From Vermamoeba vermiformis (Eukaryota), in NCBI GenBank assembly GCA_045837725.1, contig JBEWZL010000126.1, positions 372,001 through 436,000 on the forward strand: a DNA stretch of 64,000 bases. The letters are read 5' to 3'. Of the stretch, positions 11,903 through 27,550 are shown in pieces (positions within the stretch are counted from its first letter, which is position 1; every line of letters starts with the position of its first letter). A program made the position numbers and the translations under genes. The notes beneath the pieces were generated by a model, which saw only the letters and a list, made by a program, of their open reading frames with translations, was not told where the DNA came from and ran no database searches.

Positions 11903-14900
11903 ATGAAATCAATTATTTTGATTTTCTTTGTTGGCGCTTTGCTCCTGGATGCTATTGCTGCCCAAGGTAACTCCGATTACTTCGTGTCGATTGATATTAA
12001 CGAAGCAATTCATCGATAGAACCTAGTGCAGAAAGAATATCTATTGTAGGAGTCGGTGCCACATTTCCTCAACCTCTTTACTCTGAATGGTAAGAAAATT
12101 GACCGTTAAGATCTCCATTTAAAAAATTAGAAGAAATATAAGAGCGCCATAACATAATTGATTTATGTTATTTATTTATATTATTTTTGGTCAGGTTTTT
12201 CGCGTACAGTTTGATTAAACCAGATGTCGTGTTTTCCTACACCGGATCTGGCTCCGGTGCTGGTCGCAGAGCTATACGAAGTGGCCTTGTCGATTTCGCT
12301 GGAAGTGATGCGCCATTATCCGCCGCCGATTTACAAGTGGTACGTGAAAAGACCTGGTATTAAAATGATCCACAATAATACGTAGCGATATCAAGCTTCT
12401 ATACTCTATCAATTGAATATATATAATAACATTTCGTTATCCTACGAGTGCGAATTTAAAATAGGAGAACAAATACGAGATCTACTGCATGATCCCCAAA
12501 ACCTTATCAATCGTTTTTTATTTAGAATCCGAACATTGTCCAAGTGCCTTTTCTTGCGGGTGCAGTAGTACCATTTTACAAGATAAGCGCGCTTAACGCA
12601 TCAGATCCCGCCATTATTTTCGAGCGATCAGTTTTGGCCGATATTTTTCGCGGCGTTATAACTAACGTGGAACGACCCTAGAATATTAGCAGACAATCCA
12701 ATCATTGCAAGCAAGCTTCCGAATGCCACAATCAAAGTTGTTTTAAGGTTTGATAATCCATGATCCCAAAAAAATCTCCCGACGGCGAGCTGAATATTTA
12801 TTTTCAGAGCTGAGAGTTCAGGAACAACGAACATCTTTACTTCATTCTTGAGCTCAGTTAGCAGTGAATGGAATTCAACATATGGCACAGTAGATACTTG
12901 GCCTGCTGAAATTCGCAATCAATCAAACTTCCAAACCGCTGATGTACGCCAAAATTAGCATGTGTTCCGTTAAGTAATCTTTAACTTTCCTTATTAGGGA
13001 AGCTTTGGTATTTATGCCCTGGTAGAAAGCACGGACAATTCAATTAGCTACGTGTCTTTATCTTTCCTCGTGGATCAAACCGTAACTTACGGTCAAATGA
13101 TTAACAGAAATGGAAAGGTAGTGCTATTATAATATAATTAATATACTTATATATTGGTTTAAGGTCGTTTCTGCTACATCTGAGTCCGTTCAAGTTGCAA
13201 TGGACACCGCAAAATTCAACTCGCAAAGGGCTGCTTCGATCGTCGATTTGCCCGCAGACACTGCTTGGCCTATTGCTAGCTTTACTTATATCATCGTCGG
13301 AACGAGTAATAGACCCTTATTGAACCATTCATACCGACCAAAATATTCATTATTGCGTTGCAGATATCACCGAAGGCTTCACCAAACGTCGTGAGATGAT
13401 GCGTGCTTTTCGTTGGATGCAAACATCTGAAGCTGCCAGAGCACGTGCCACTAAACAAGGCTACGCGCCTCTGACTGAACAAGTAGCTAGGGACACCGTG
13501 AATGCATTAGCAGCCATTACTGTTGATGGTCAACCGCTCCTCGCAGGTAAGTCCCACACGTGCGAGTGACGGACTTTGCTGACTTGATTCTATCATAGTC
13601 GAGTTGCTACCACAACACGAAGGCGCTGGTTTTAAAACGGTCTTCGGCTTGTCTATAGCCGCATTTGGTATAGCTCTAATTGCGTCAGTGATGTTTATCG
13701 TCATCGGCAAAAAGAACCGCGTACGTAGCACTTCATCATGACACCTCAAAAAGTGTCAGTGTCTGACTTGCTCGCAGGATTTGCCTAGCCTCGAGTACGC
13801 CTTCACCGCAGTCTTGTTCAGCGGGTCTACTTTCATCGCCATATCGTCCATCTTTTGGTACTTGTTGCCGGACAGTGACTACATCTGTCACTTGCGCGTG
13901 TGGTTCTTGACCTTTGGCATGACGTTGATTCTTGCAACCATGTTCTCGCGTACTTGGCTTTATCTTCGAATCTATAATGTGGTGCACGTAAGTTTATTAT
14001 CAAAATTTTTCACGTGCGGATCTGACTACTTTACAGCGCCTCCGTAAATTCAATTACAAAGTGAGATATACGCTCGAATCATTGGCCGGCATGGCTGCAA
14101 CATTAGTATTACAACTTGTAAGTCGATAATATGACAGTTTGGAATTGGATCTAAGATGTTTCGTGCAGGTTATTATGATCGTTTGGCAAGTGATGGATCC
14201 GTATACATCGAGTGTCGCGATCACAGATGACATCAATATCTACGGCAAATATCAGTGTCAGTCTTCGTTAATCACCACCTGGGTCATTGTCGAGCTTGTT
14301 TTCACGGTACGTGAAATTTCACACCTTCGCAACCACGTCGCGGATACTGATTATATGATATTATAGGGTGCGATTTTAGTATGGGGTGTGTATGTCGTGT
14401 ACCAAGCGTGGGAATTGCGTCAAAAAGCAAGAGATTCGAAGTGGCTGTTGATCGGCATTTACAACTTCATCGTGGCAATCTGCGTGCTGGTGCCACTTGT
14501 CGCGACATCAGTGGATGTGGACGATGATATGTTGTTCTATATCATAGTGTGCGGTATAGTCTTCATCAATGTGAGCACTATCTTGTGCGTCTACATTCCC
14601 AAATTGTTCGTGCAATACAAGTCGTTCTCGAGTGGTCGCACTTCTCGCGTGGTCAGCATGGGCGAAATTTCAACGGTACGTACAATAAGCATTACCTAAA
14701 ATATATATCTATACGAAAAATGCAATATTATACAAGTGTTATATATATTCGGCGTAATGGTATCCTGGTTCGTGAGATTCAGAAATTATGTACCAAGATC
14801 CGGATCTTTGCATTGAAATTCTTCTCTCATTATCTTGTCTTACTATTATAATATAAACTATTTGCTGGTTTTGGACAATGTATCTAATATAGGTTTTTAT

Positions 14901-15174
14901 TTTTAAGGCACAAACTCCGGATGCCCCCAAGAACCTCCGCAAATCCGCCACCAATTCAGCCGTTGCACCTGCGCCTACCAATCAGAACAGTCAGGGCAAT
15001 CAAAGCAATCAGAGCAATCAAAGCAGCAACAAATATCCGAGTATGCCTTCGACGAACTCTGACAAACACGAGAGTTATCCCGCTTCTGAGACACCGAACG
15101 GATCTAATAAGAGCAGCAAGTCATCTTCAACATCCTCGTCGAATTCTTCATCGAGTTCGTCAAAAGATGATTAA
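11903..15174 (+). CDS. PstS-type phosphate-binding ectodomain fused to a class C (family 3) GPCR 7TM; 1-nt frameshift at about 12665
   Basis: Signal peptide MKSIILIFFVGALLLDAIAAQ. PstS motifs GVGATFPQPLYSEW, GSGSGAG, VDFAGSDAPL, WNDPRI, RAESSGTTNIFT, WPIASFTY and GYAPL. Seven hydrophobic segments with class C motifs ICHLRVWFLTFG..MFSRTW, WQVMDP, DSKWLLIGIYN and YIPK. Ser-rich tail. All joined by GT-AG introns. Confidence 0.85.
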
Positions 15175-15245
15175 TAAGTACCATAATATATAATTATATA
15201 ATAATAATGTAAATTAGAGTTAGAAAGAGAATTAAAATAATTAAT

Positions 15246-16819
15246 TTATTCGTCGTCAATCACCAAAATATCTTTCGTAGTGTCATTTAATATGCTCTTA
15301 TTCGTATTATTCATATTATTACTATTATCATCGCTAGTCATTATTATATCATCATTCTTGTCCTCTTTAACTTCTTCCATTTCAACTTTTGCATCGACAT
15401 TATTATTGTTATTTTTGCTGTTATTGTTGTTATTATTCACATTTTGTTTCTTATTCGGGTTAAATATGAACTCATCCAATGAGGGTCGCTTCTTTTTGAT
15501 TGGTGAATTTGACGCCACAAACGGCTTGTGAAATGCATCGTACAATCTTCGCACTCGTTTTTCACCGAGTCCAGGACACAAACTCAGCTGTTCTATTGGC
15601 GCGGTCATAATAGCTTTCAGGGACTACAGCATCGATTAATTTTATCAATTTTATTATTATTTTCAGTGAAAATGGACTTACGCCAATGTTCTGTTGCAAA
15701 CTGGCCACATTTCTTTTGTTGATCGATCGAACGGCAGTTAAACAGTCCGTAAGCTATAATATAGTATATTATTATTATATATGCACTATACTTAATTAGG
15801 GTATTATTATAATGTTTACCTGGGCTTCGTAATCGTCTTTGACCTGTTCTTTAATGGTGTCTGCTGACTTGCCTTCCAATGCTTTATAGGTCTCTAAATA
15901 TCGCGCGACTTCTAAATTACTATAATGTGTATAGTATATTAGTATTAATAGGACTAATATCGTGACAACATCGGAACTAGATCCGACCCAAATATTTTTT
16001 CAAAAATTCTTGTAGGTGACATTAACGCAATATTCGGATTTAAATTGGTATATGAAAGTATATACTAAAGGGTGTATATATATGCATAGTAATTACCTCC
16101 AAGCCACAATCAGGGTCAAATTGGATGCGATGCAAAGTTTGTTGAGTTGTCGGAGAGGTACAGCATTCTCATCAGTATCAACGAGGCATAATAATACGCG
16201 TAGTCTATATTTAGCCGGAATATCTTTTAAACGGCGCAATAGATAGTCGCCATTGAGTAAATGATAGCGTAGACTGGATCCGATCGAAAAATAAAATGAT
16301 TAGAGAATAAAATATATGAAAATGATAGGTAGTTATATAAATATTACCTTAAAAATAGGCCGCAACCTGTAGAGCCGAAATGGTAGTCAGGCACAAGCTG
16401 TGGATCGAACTCGAACTTGACATTTTTGATAAATTTTACAACAGGGTTGCCGCGCTGGAAAAAATAAAATTAATTAATTGTGGGCATTATTAGGCACTGC
16501 AAAAATTGGTAAAAATATTCCCGTAATTTCTCGATTATTTTTTTAAAAGTTGAAAAATTCTCTCTTACCTGGCGCTCGCTTATATATAATACATTTGGTA
16601 CATATTTAATTGGCATAGTATTTACAAGTGGTTTTCTGTGGAAAGAAATGTTATTGCTATCAGATCAAGTTCGAACACGTACTTTACAAATCCAGCCTTC
16701 GGCGATGCGATGGGAGGTGCGGGTGCTGCATTAATATTATACACTACAGGTGGCTTCACATTGTTTGTATTAATAGCTGGTTTTGGTGGATCTGTGTTGT
16801 GGTTGTCTTTCTCGCTCAT
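15246..16819 (-). CDS. ERCC1: DNA excision repair protein ERCC1/Rad10
   Basis: Spliced QRGNPVVKFI, LFLSLRYHLL, TLIVAWS..EVARYLETYK and the HhH motif LCPGLGEKRVRRLYDAFHKPF, followed by a poly-Asn tail. Confidence 0.93.
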
Positions 16820-17102
16820 TTTACGGAACTACTGCGTCCTTCCAATTTTTTAGAACTATCAAAAAATTCACAAACGAAAATATAGATGTAAGACTTTCTA
16901 AGTCATTTGAGTCCGTACAGACTCAAGGACAATAGTTCTTCTTTGGATCAGGAACGTTTTGTACTGGCTCGAATACGAATACTACCTGTTCATTATACGT
17001 TCATTTAGCCAAAATACTGGATCTTATGAACGAATATATACGATGATACGAAGGCTACAATACAACGTCTTTAGTATTTTTACATATTATTACATTTGTC
17101 TT

Positions 17103-17886
17103 TTACATCACAACGCAGATATTCTTTCGCTTGTTGTTGAGGTTCTTATTGTGTCTCTTTGTCCCCTTAGCATTATCATCGTTCTCACGCTTCATGCGCA
17201 CCAAGTGTTCGATTGTCTCCGTGACATTGAGGTTGGATTGGACACTGCCCTCAAAGAACGAACAATTCAGTGACGCAGCTAGTTCTGCGCCATGTGCGGT
17301 ACTGATTTGACGTTTTTCCGCGAGATCAGTCTTATTACCAAATAAGGCAAGTGGCATCTGAGGCAGTGAAAGCTTGGCGCGTGCGTCTCGGATCGCGTGA
17401 TACAGCCGTCGGGCTTCATCGAGAGTCCTTTCATCGGTAATAGAGTATAATATTACACCTACATCAGCTTTTTGATAAAATAATTCTCCATATGAAGCCT
17501 GCTCTGTCTAATTAATAAAAATTGTAAGCGAATCTGGATCGAGCAAAAAACAGCGTTATGTGAGGGAAATTTCAGCGTTAAACTGAAGATAACAGTAACT
17601 TACCGCATTGCATGTCCACTAATTCTAATACAATGTCTTCTCCTTCGTAGTCAATATGTTTTATGTAACTCTCCGAAGCTGTCGGATCGTGCTAAGTTTT
17701 AAGCGTTAGAAATACGCTGCTGAATTTATATATCGTACCTTGTTAATGAATATTCCTTGAGCAAACATCACCTTTCGTAGGATTAAAATTAATTTCAATT
17801 TAAATTTAAAATGCAACCATTACCGTAAACGCCGATTTTCCGGCGACTTTAGCACCGACTATCAGAATTTTAAGGGAACTATCCAT
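17103..17886 (-). CDS. Divergent Ras-family small GTPase with CAAX box
   Basis: Four exons. P-loop GAKVAGKS, switch I HDPTASESY, G4 GNKTD, basic tail and C-terminal CVVM. G3 is degenerate (DMQC). Confidence 0.85.
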
Positions 17887-18277
17887 TATGTACAATTATG
17901 AATTCAAAGGAACTTGCAAATCCGGAACATTGACTGATCCGTAATATTGACCAAAAGAATGATGAATCGTTTACCTCTCGGTATGCAGAGGTATTGTGGT
18001 CATGTGTGACACTAGAAATTGTTGAAAGAACGTTTCGCACATTTGTTATTTAAGACTTTTTTACGTGCCGCACGAGGTCGAAGTTTCGCGGGAATCCTGT
18101 AGCGCCTTACCATTGAACCGTAAATAGAAATGGTTGAGGCCGCGTAAATAATCTTTCGTAATAACGCTTAGCTAAATTTGGCTCTGATCTTGCGCGGGAG
18201 ATTTTGTGTTTCTTTTGTACTGCTTCAAACCTCGCACAATATTCATCAACCAGCTGTATAATAGTGTACATATATAT

Positions 18278-20625
18278 ATGTCTAATAAATCATTAAAGTC
18301 GGGATTCAGGGAGGGCTTCCTGAAAAAGAAGCAAACAAAAAAGAAGATTTGGCGCAGGCGGTGGTTTGTGTTAACTAATGACGCGTTATGTTATTATACA
18401 GAGAAGGTAATATTATATACAAGCATTTTATAGCGTTCGTTTAGTTTGTACAGCAAGATCCGCGTTGGTACAAAAACTACCAATATTTTTGGTGGATCTC
18501 GCTAGAAAATATGTAATATAATAAAAATAACATAGACGGATATAATACGTCGCTTGAATATGTCGTTTTGCATTTATAGTCCTGCATCTAGCTCCGTTAA
18601 TTAATTATTTTTATTCACGAATATAGGGCGAGCTTCGTGGCGAAATATTGATGAAAAATGTGCTTAAAGTAGAAAATTGGGAGCCCACTGAAGATGATAA
18701 GGACTTGGGGTTGAAATTTTGCTTTGAAATAGAAACAAAAGGGGTAAGAAAAAAACCAGATCCGTTTTTTGATGCATGGACCGCTATCTCTTTGCATGAT
18801 ATCGATTAAATATAGCTATATTTACGAAATGAACGGTTGCCAGAACTGGATTTGGCGTGCGCAAATAAATTAATTTTGATTTCTATTTTCAGGAAGTAAA
18901 CAAGAAAGACAAAACCGAATCAAAATATATATTGCAAGCAGATGATGCTGCGAGTAGAGATAAATGGATTTATCATCTGGATGTAGTCGCTGCGGTCAAT
19001 TTTTACGCCAATAATCCAAAGTTAAATAGTAAGTGCCAACAATTAAAATGATAATATGCTAATGTTATATTAATATTCTTACTATTTTTGGTGACTATTC
19101 GGACACTAATTGCTTGTTTTTGAATAGCTTCGCGCAGATTTGTTCTGCAATGCGCATTGATTCTCCAAACTAGTGCGTCCTATATTACAAACTCTGTGCG
19201 CTTCTCACGCAACACATTCTTGCGTGGTGATGAAGCAAAAATATTGGATATGAATCATCAGCTGTCTCCGTTTTTGTTTCGTTTATTGGAGGTACGTTGA
19301 CACGTGCTTTTACGCGTTGTTTTTGGACTTACCTTATATGGCAATCAGGCCGGCATGAGATATGTTGTTCAGAGAGGCGATGAGAATAGAGAGGTCGTGG
19401 TATTGAAGGCTAAAGAGTTCGAGGAGTTTAGTTTGCATGTCTTCAACCTCTGGGAGTACATTTCACAACTTGACGGAGTGAGCGCTGAAGCTATTAGAAG
19501 TATCGTCATAATCACTTCAGTACGTTATTGACACGCGCTATATTTACACGAGCACGTGCTAACTATCGACATTTCCTTTTTAGGACTGTGTTCGTGCCGT
19601 TCATGAAATAGCGCAAATGGACATCAGTTCGGAGATTGTGACGGAGGATAATACGCCAATAACCTCACCTATTAACAGTCCTCGAGTCCCTTCAATATCA
19701 ATGTCTGCTGATGGTTGGAGAAGACGACCAAGATCTACTGCACAAAGCATCACTAACTCCGCCACTGGACCTAGATCTGTTGACTCAGCTTTTCAGCGCC
19801 CAATAGATAACGTTACTACGGCTGGCAAAGGTACGTACCGTAACATTATTTAATCTTCCTTAAACTGCCATATTTTGCTGGATGCAGTCGAGTTTGAACC
19901 GATCGCTACGGATGTGTACTAACCATTATTAATGATGCAGAAAGCGAAGTTAATAAGCCTTCTACCTCATGGCAACCTGTTTCAAAAGCAACTCTGAGAA
20001 AGACAAAGAGCGAGACCGATAGTATTGGACTGGAAGAGGATGCGGACCTGAGCAACAATAACAGCCTTAGTGTGCCAACGAGTGATAGTGAAAGCAGTAG
20101 TCCAGTGAATATGAGTCCTATCAAAGAAGAAGAGATTGAAGAAGCAGCGGATGTGGCTTCAAGAACAAATCGACACCAAGAAACGATCTTTAATCTTGAT
20201 TTGGCGGAGCAAGTAGAACAGGCATTGAACTCCATAACAGAAGCGAATAACAATGACCCTAATGGAGTTCCTGATATAGTTGCTCCAACACCAAGAAAAA
20301 AGCGATCCTTTATAGCCAAGTTTGAAAAACCGGTCGATCCGAGCGGCGTAAGTTGCGATATGCTCATGATACACTATAATGAACATATAATAATATTTTA
20401 TTGCAGCAAATCGATAATTGTGTCCGAGAACTAACGGACATGCAATTTGAGATCGCGAAAGAAGAGGTGCATCAGAATATTGAGAAGGGTGCAGCTACTA
20501 GTGGCTGGAAGAGTTATAGTCCTCATGCTGCTAATCGGAAGTACGCTGGCTCGCTTAGCTCGTCGACCAGATCGAGCGTTAGTGTAATTTCGGATGATCC
20601 AAACGGAAATCAAGACAACAAATAA
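18278..20625 (+). CDS. PH-domain protein with helical middle region and S/E-rich disordered tail
   Basis: REGFLKK..WRRRWFVL..LCYY, FCFEI and YILQADDAASRDKWI form a PH domain across spliced exons. Confidence 0.8.
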
Positions 20626-20835
20626 AGTCAACATAAACGATGTAGCGAACATAATCTTATTATGTATTCTAAAATAATATTGGCTGACCTGATCTGCCAC
20701 GATAAGCGGAGAAAAAACTCGACCGAAATTTATTTTTTTGGCAAGCTTTATTTAAACTTATTTATTACTGGTAAGACCAACGATTAGTCTTATTATTTAT
20801 TTATAAGCCTTTCGTTGCGTCTACAAGCAGAGTAA

Positions 20836-24608
<3,773 letters not shown>

Positions 24609-24699
24609 TGCCCTTCATTTTCCTTATTTATTTTGTTTATAAATGGATCAGATCAGATTTCGAAACCAAGAATCAAAAAAATTATCCACGCTTGGCTAA

Positions 24700-27550
24700 T
24701 TATTCGGTATGTTCATCGATTTTGTTGCACAGTTGTTCCATCGTCTGCTCATTCAACATTAATAGAACTCAAATATATACATCAATAATTACTTACGGGT
24801 CGTGCGTTTGGATCCGTGTTCCAGCACATCTGCATGATCTCGCGCAGAAGTGGTGGACAGTCTTCAGGAATCGTCGGGGTCAAGCCCGAGTCTCTGATTT
24901 TGATTCCAGTGTTCAAAATATCTTCACCAATGTGTGGCTCTTGTCGTGCAGTAATCTCGTACAAAATGATACCGAACATCCACACGTCAGATTTGAAGCT
25001 GTAAGTTTGATTGGCAATTGATTCAGGAGCCATCCAACGAATAGGACCAATGTTGGATGTCGTTTTGCCTGCTTGTGTGGCTTCTTTCAAGGCTCTCGAC
25101 ATGCCAAAATCTGATATTTTTGGCTCACCGTTGTGCATGAGAATATTTCTTGCAGCCAAATCACGATGGACGATATTATTTGTGTGCAAATGGTAAAGTC
25201 CCTTGGCAATGCCAGTAGCAATGTGAATTTGCTGTGTCGTGGGAATTTTTTGGTTAGTGTCAAAGAGGAGATTGTCCAAACTGCCGTTGTTGCAGTACTC
25301 TAATATCACAAGGGGATAAGGACCATCAGTAGATATGCCAAGCAACTGAACAATGTTGGGGTGGGGAGGAATGTTCATCTGGAATTCTGCTTCTCTCAAA
25401 AATTCTTCTGTCGAAATTGCTGCATTGCCAACTTTGACTGCAACTTTAGTAGCTTGCCATTTGCCCAAGTACACTGAATTGACATTAGTTTTAGGACATG
25501 AAGAAAAGATCACTCTACTTACCCTTGCCAAAAGAACCAGCACCAATCTCTTTTTCCAGGGTGACAGACTTGTGTGGTATCAATCTCTTGTCTGCTGACA
25601 GTTGAGATAAAGGATTGCCAACTTGTTTCTTGGCACGTGATTTTCTTTTCAGACCCAGAATGACACCAACAACAATGCCAGCAACTACAAGGGGAACTAC
25701 TACTGATGGCACAACTATCACTGCAATGTTTTGGGGTGCTTCTGCTGAGGGAGTGTTTGGCAGAGGCCCTTCTGTTGTCGCAGGTGTGGGCAGTGAGGGA
25801 GGTGTCAAATAAACTCCATACTGAAATGAAATGTTGCTGCCACTCACCCAAGTCCATTCATTAGAAGAAGGGTTAAATCTCCACAGGTCATTAAGATAAG
25901 CTAAATGACTGGTATAAGCAAAGGTGTTTCAAATAAGTTATTACCTCCACTCACCCTGCCCATAGGTTGCATCATAAATAGAACCTCCAAACAACCAAAC
26001 TGTTCCATCTGTGCCAGTCTGCAATGTAGAACCAGTTCGTGCAGTTGGTATGTTTGCCACTGAGGGGACTCCTTGAGTTCCATAGTTTCCAAGTTGGTTT
26101 ACTGAGGTTGAGCCTCCCATCCATGTCCATTGATTGGTGGAGGGAGTGTACTTCCAGAGGTCATTCATAAAGCCCATGCCTAATGAAAATCAGGCAAAGG
26201 GTTGTAAGTGTAAAATATAAACTTGACTTACTAGTACGGTTAGCATAGCCATAACCTCCAAACAACCAGAATGATCCATTAAGGTCAATCCAAGCCTGGC
26301 TGGAGCGGCGTGAACCAGGCCTTGTGATGTCTGATGGCACTCCTAGACTACCAAACTCTCCAAATTGATTTGTTGTACCGTTTCCACTCACCCAGGTCCA
26401 TTCATTGGTGGTTAGATTGTAGTTCCATAAGTCACTAAGCTGCCCAGAGACTGAACCAATTCCACCAAATAGCCAAAATGTGGTGTTATCTGAGGCTGAG
26501 CCAAAGCCTTGTCTTGAGCCAGGATTGCTGGAGGGTGAGGGGACTCCTTGTGTGCCATAGCTTGGCTGTTCATTGACTGTATCATTGCCACTGACCCACA
26601 CCCACAACTGAGTGGAGGGATTGTACTGCCAGACATCATTGAACGTGCGGCCCGCTAAACACTTGTTAGAATCTGCAATGTCAAAGGAGACAAATCAAAT
26701 CATACATCCAGTTCCACCAAACAGCCAAAATGTTCCATCGAAGCCTGTCCACGACCCAGATGTTGTTCTAGCACCAGGATAATTAGATGGTGAGGGGACT
26801 CCTTGAGTTCCATAGTTTCCAAGTTGACCTGTTGAGGTTGAGCCTCCCATCCACGTCCATTGATTGGTGGAGGGAGTGTACCTCCAGAGGTCGTTTAACA
26901 AACCATTTGTAGGTGGAAAAGGACCATTTGTAGCTGTGATACCAGTCCCGCCAAAGAGCCAGAGCGATCCGTCAGCACCCGTCCATGAGACCGAATACTG
27001 CCGTCCACCAGGAATATTGCTGTCTGCTGGTACTCCTTGCTCTCCAAATTGTGCTGGTTCGTTAGCATAGTACGTGCCTTTCATCCACGTCCACTCGTCC
27101 AACAACGGATCGTATCGCCACAGATCGTTGAAATATCCTAAAAAATTAAATCCTTCAATATCGAGAGTCACCTATTTAACTTTTGCACCCACCACTGCCT
27201 CCAGGACTGTATCGCGTAGTAGTGTTGCTATAGCCATTGCCTCCGAAAAGCCAAAATTTGCCGTTGAGATCCACCCACGAAACTGGATCGGTGCGAGCGC
27301 CAGGGACTGCTTTTAATACTTGACACAAGTACGGAGGGATGTAAATTGCAACCAATAATACCAAAAATAAACCTAAATAAAACAAGTTATTATACCTTTG
27401 GCGATAATCTTGCCATCCGAATAAAATCTGAATTTGTTGGATGGATATACTAAAGTTGTAACTTGGCTTACGTAAGTTCATCAAGTGTGGTTTAGAATGT
27501 GATTTAGAAATAGATAATTGGCTCCGGCATCGAAACATCGGTTTTAGCAT
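24700..27550 (-). CDS. Receptor tyrosine-kinase-like protein with kelch/galactose-oxidase-type repeat ectodomain (start codon unresolved, about 27415-27550)
   Basis: Repeats of the form NDLWRY..W.WM.G..GNYGTQGVPS..PGAR..W...G..WLFGG, and a TM helix VIVVPSVVVPLVVAGIVVGVIL. Kinase motifs GAGSFG, VAVK, HRDLAARN, DFG and GPIRWMAPE. Last exon TMEQLCNKIDEHTE*. Confidence 0.88.
26061..26895. repeat. Near-identical 105-bp direct repeat (26061-26165 and 26791-26895) within the kelch ectodomain
   Basis: tgaggggactccttgagttccatagtttccaagttg...tccagaggtc occurs twice, 730 bp apart, differing by one short block and three point changes. Confidence 0.9.

Noticed and set aside
11903-13550. PstS as bacterial contamination or part of a pst operon
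   Set aside because: It is split by spliceosomal introns, joined to a 7TM domain and flanked by eukaryotic genes, with no pstCAB.
15280-15450. (TTA/TTG)n microsatellite-like tract
   Set aside because: It encodes the poly-Asn tail of ERCC1, ordinary low complexity in amoebae.
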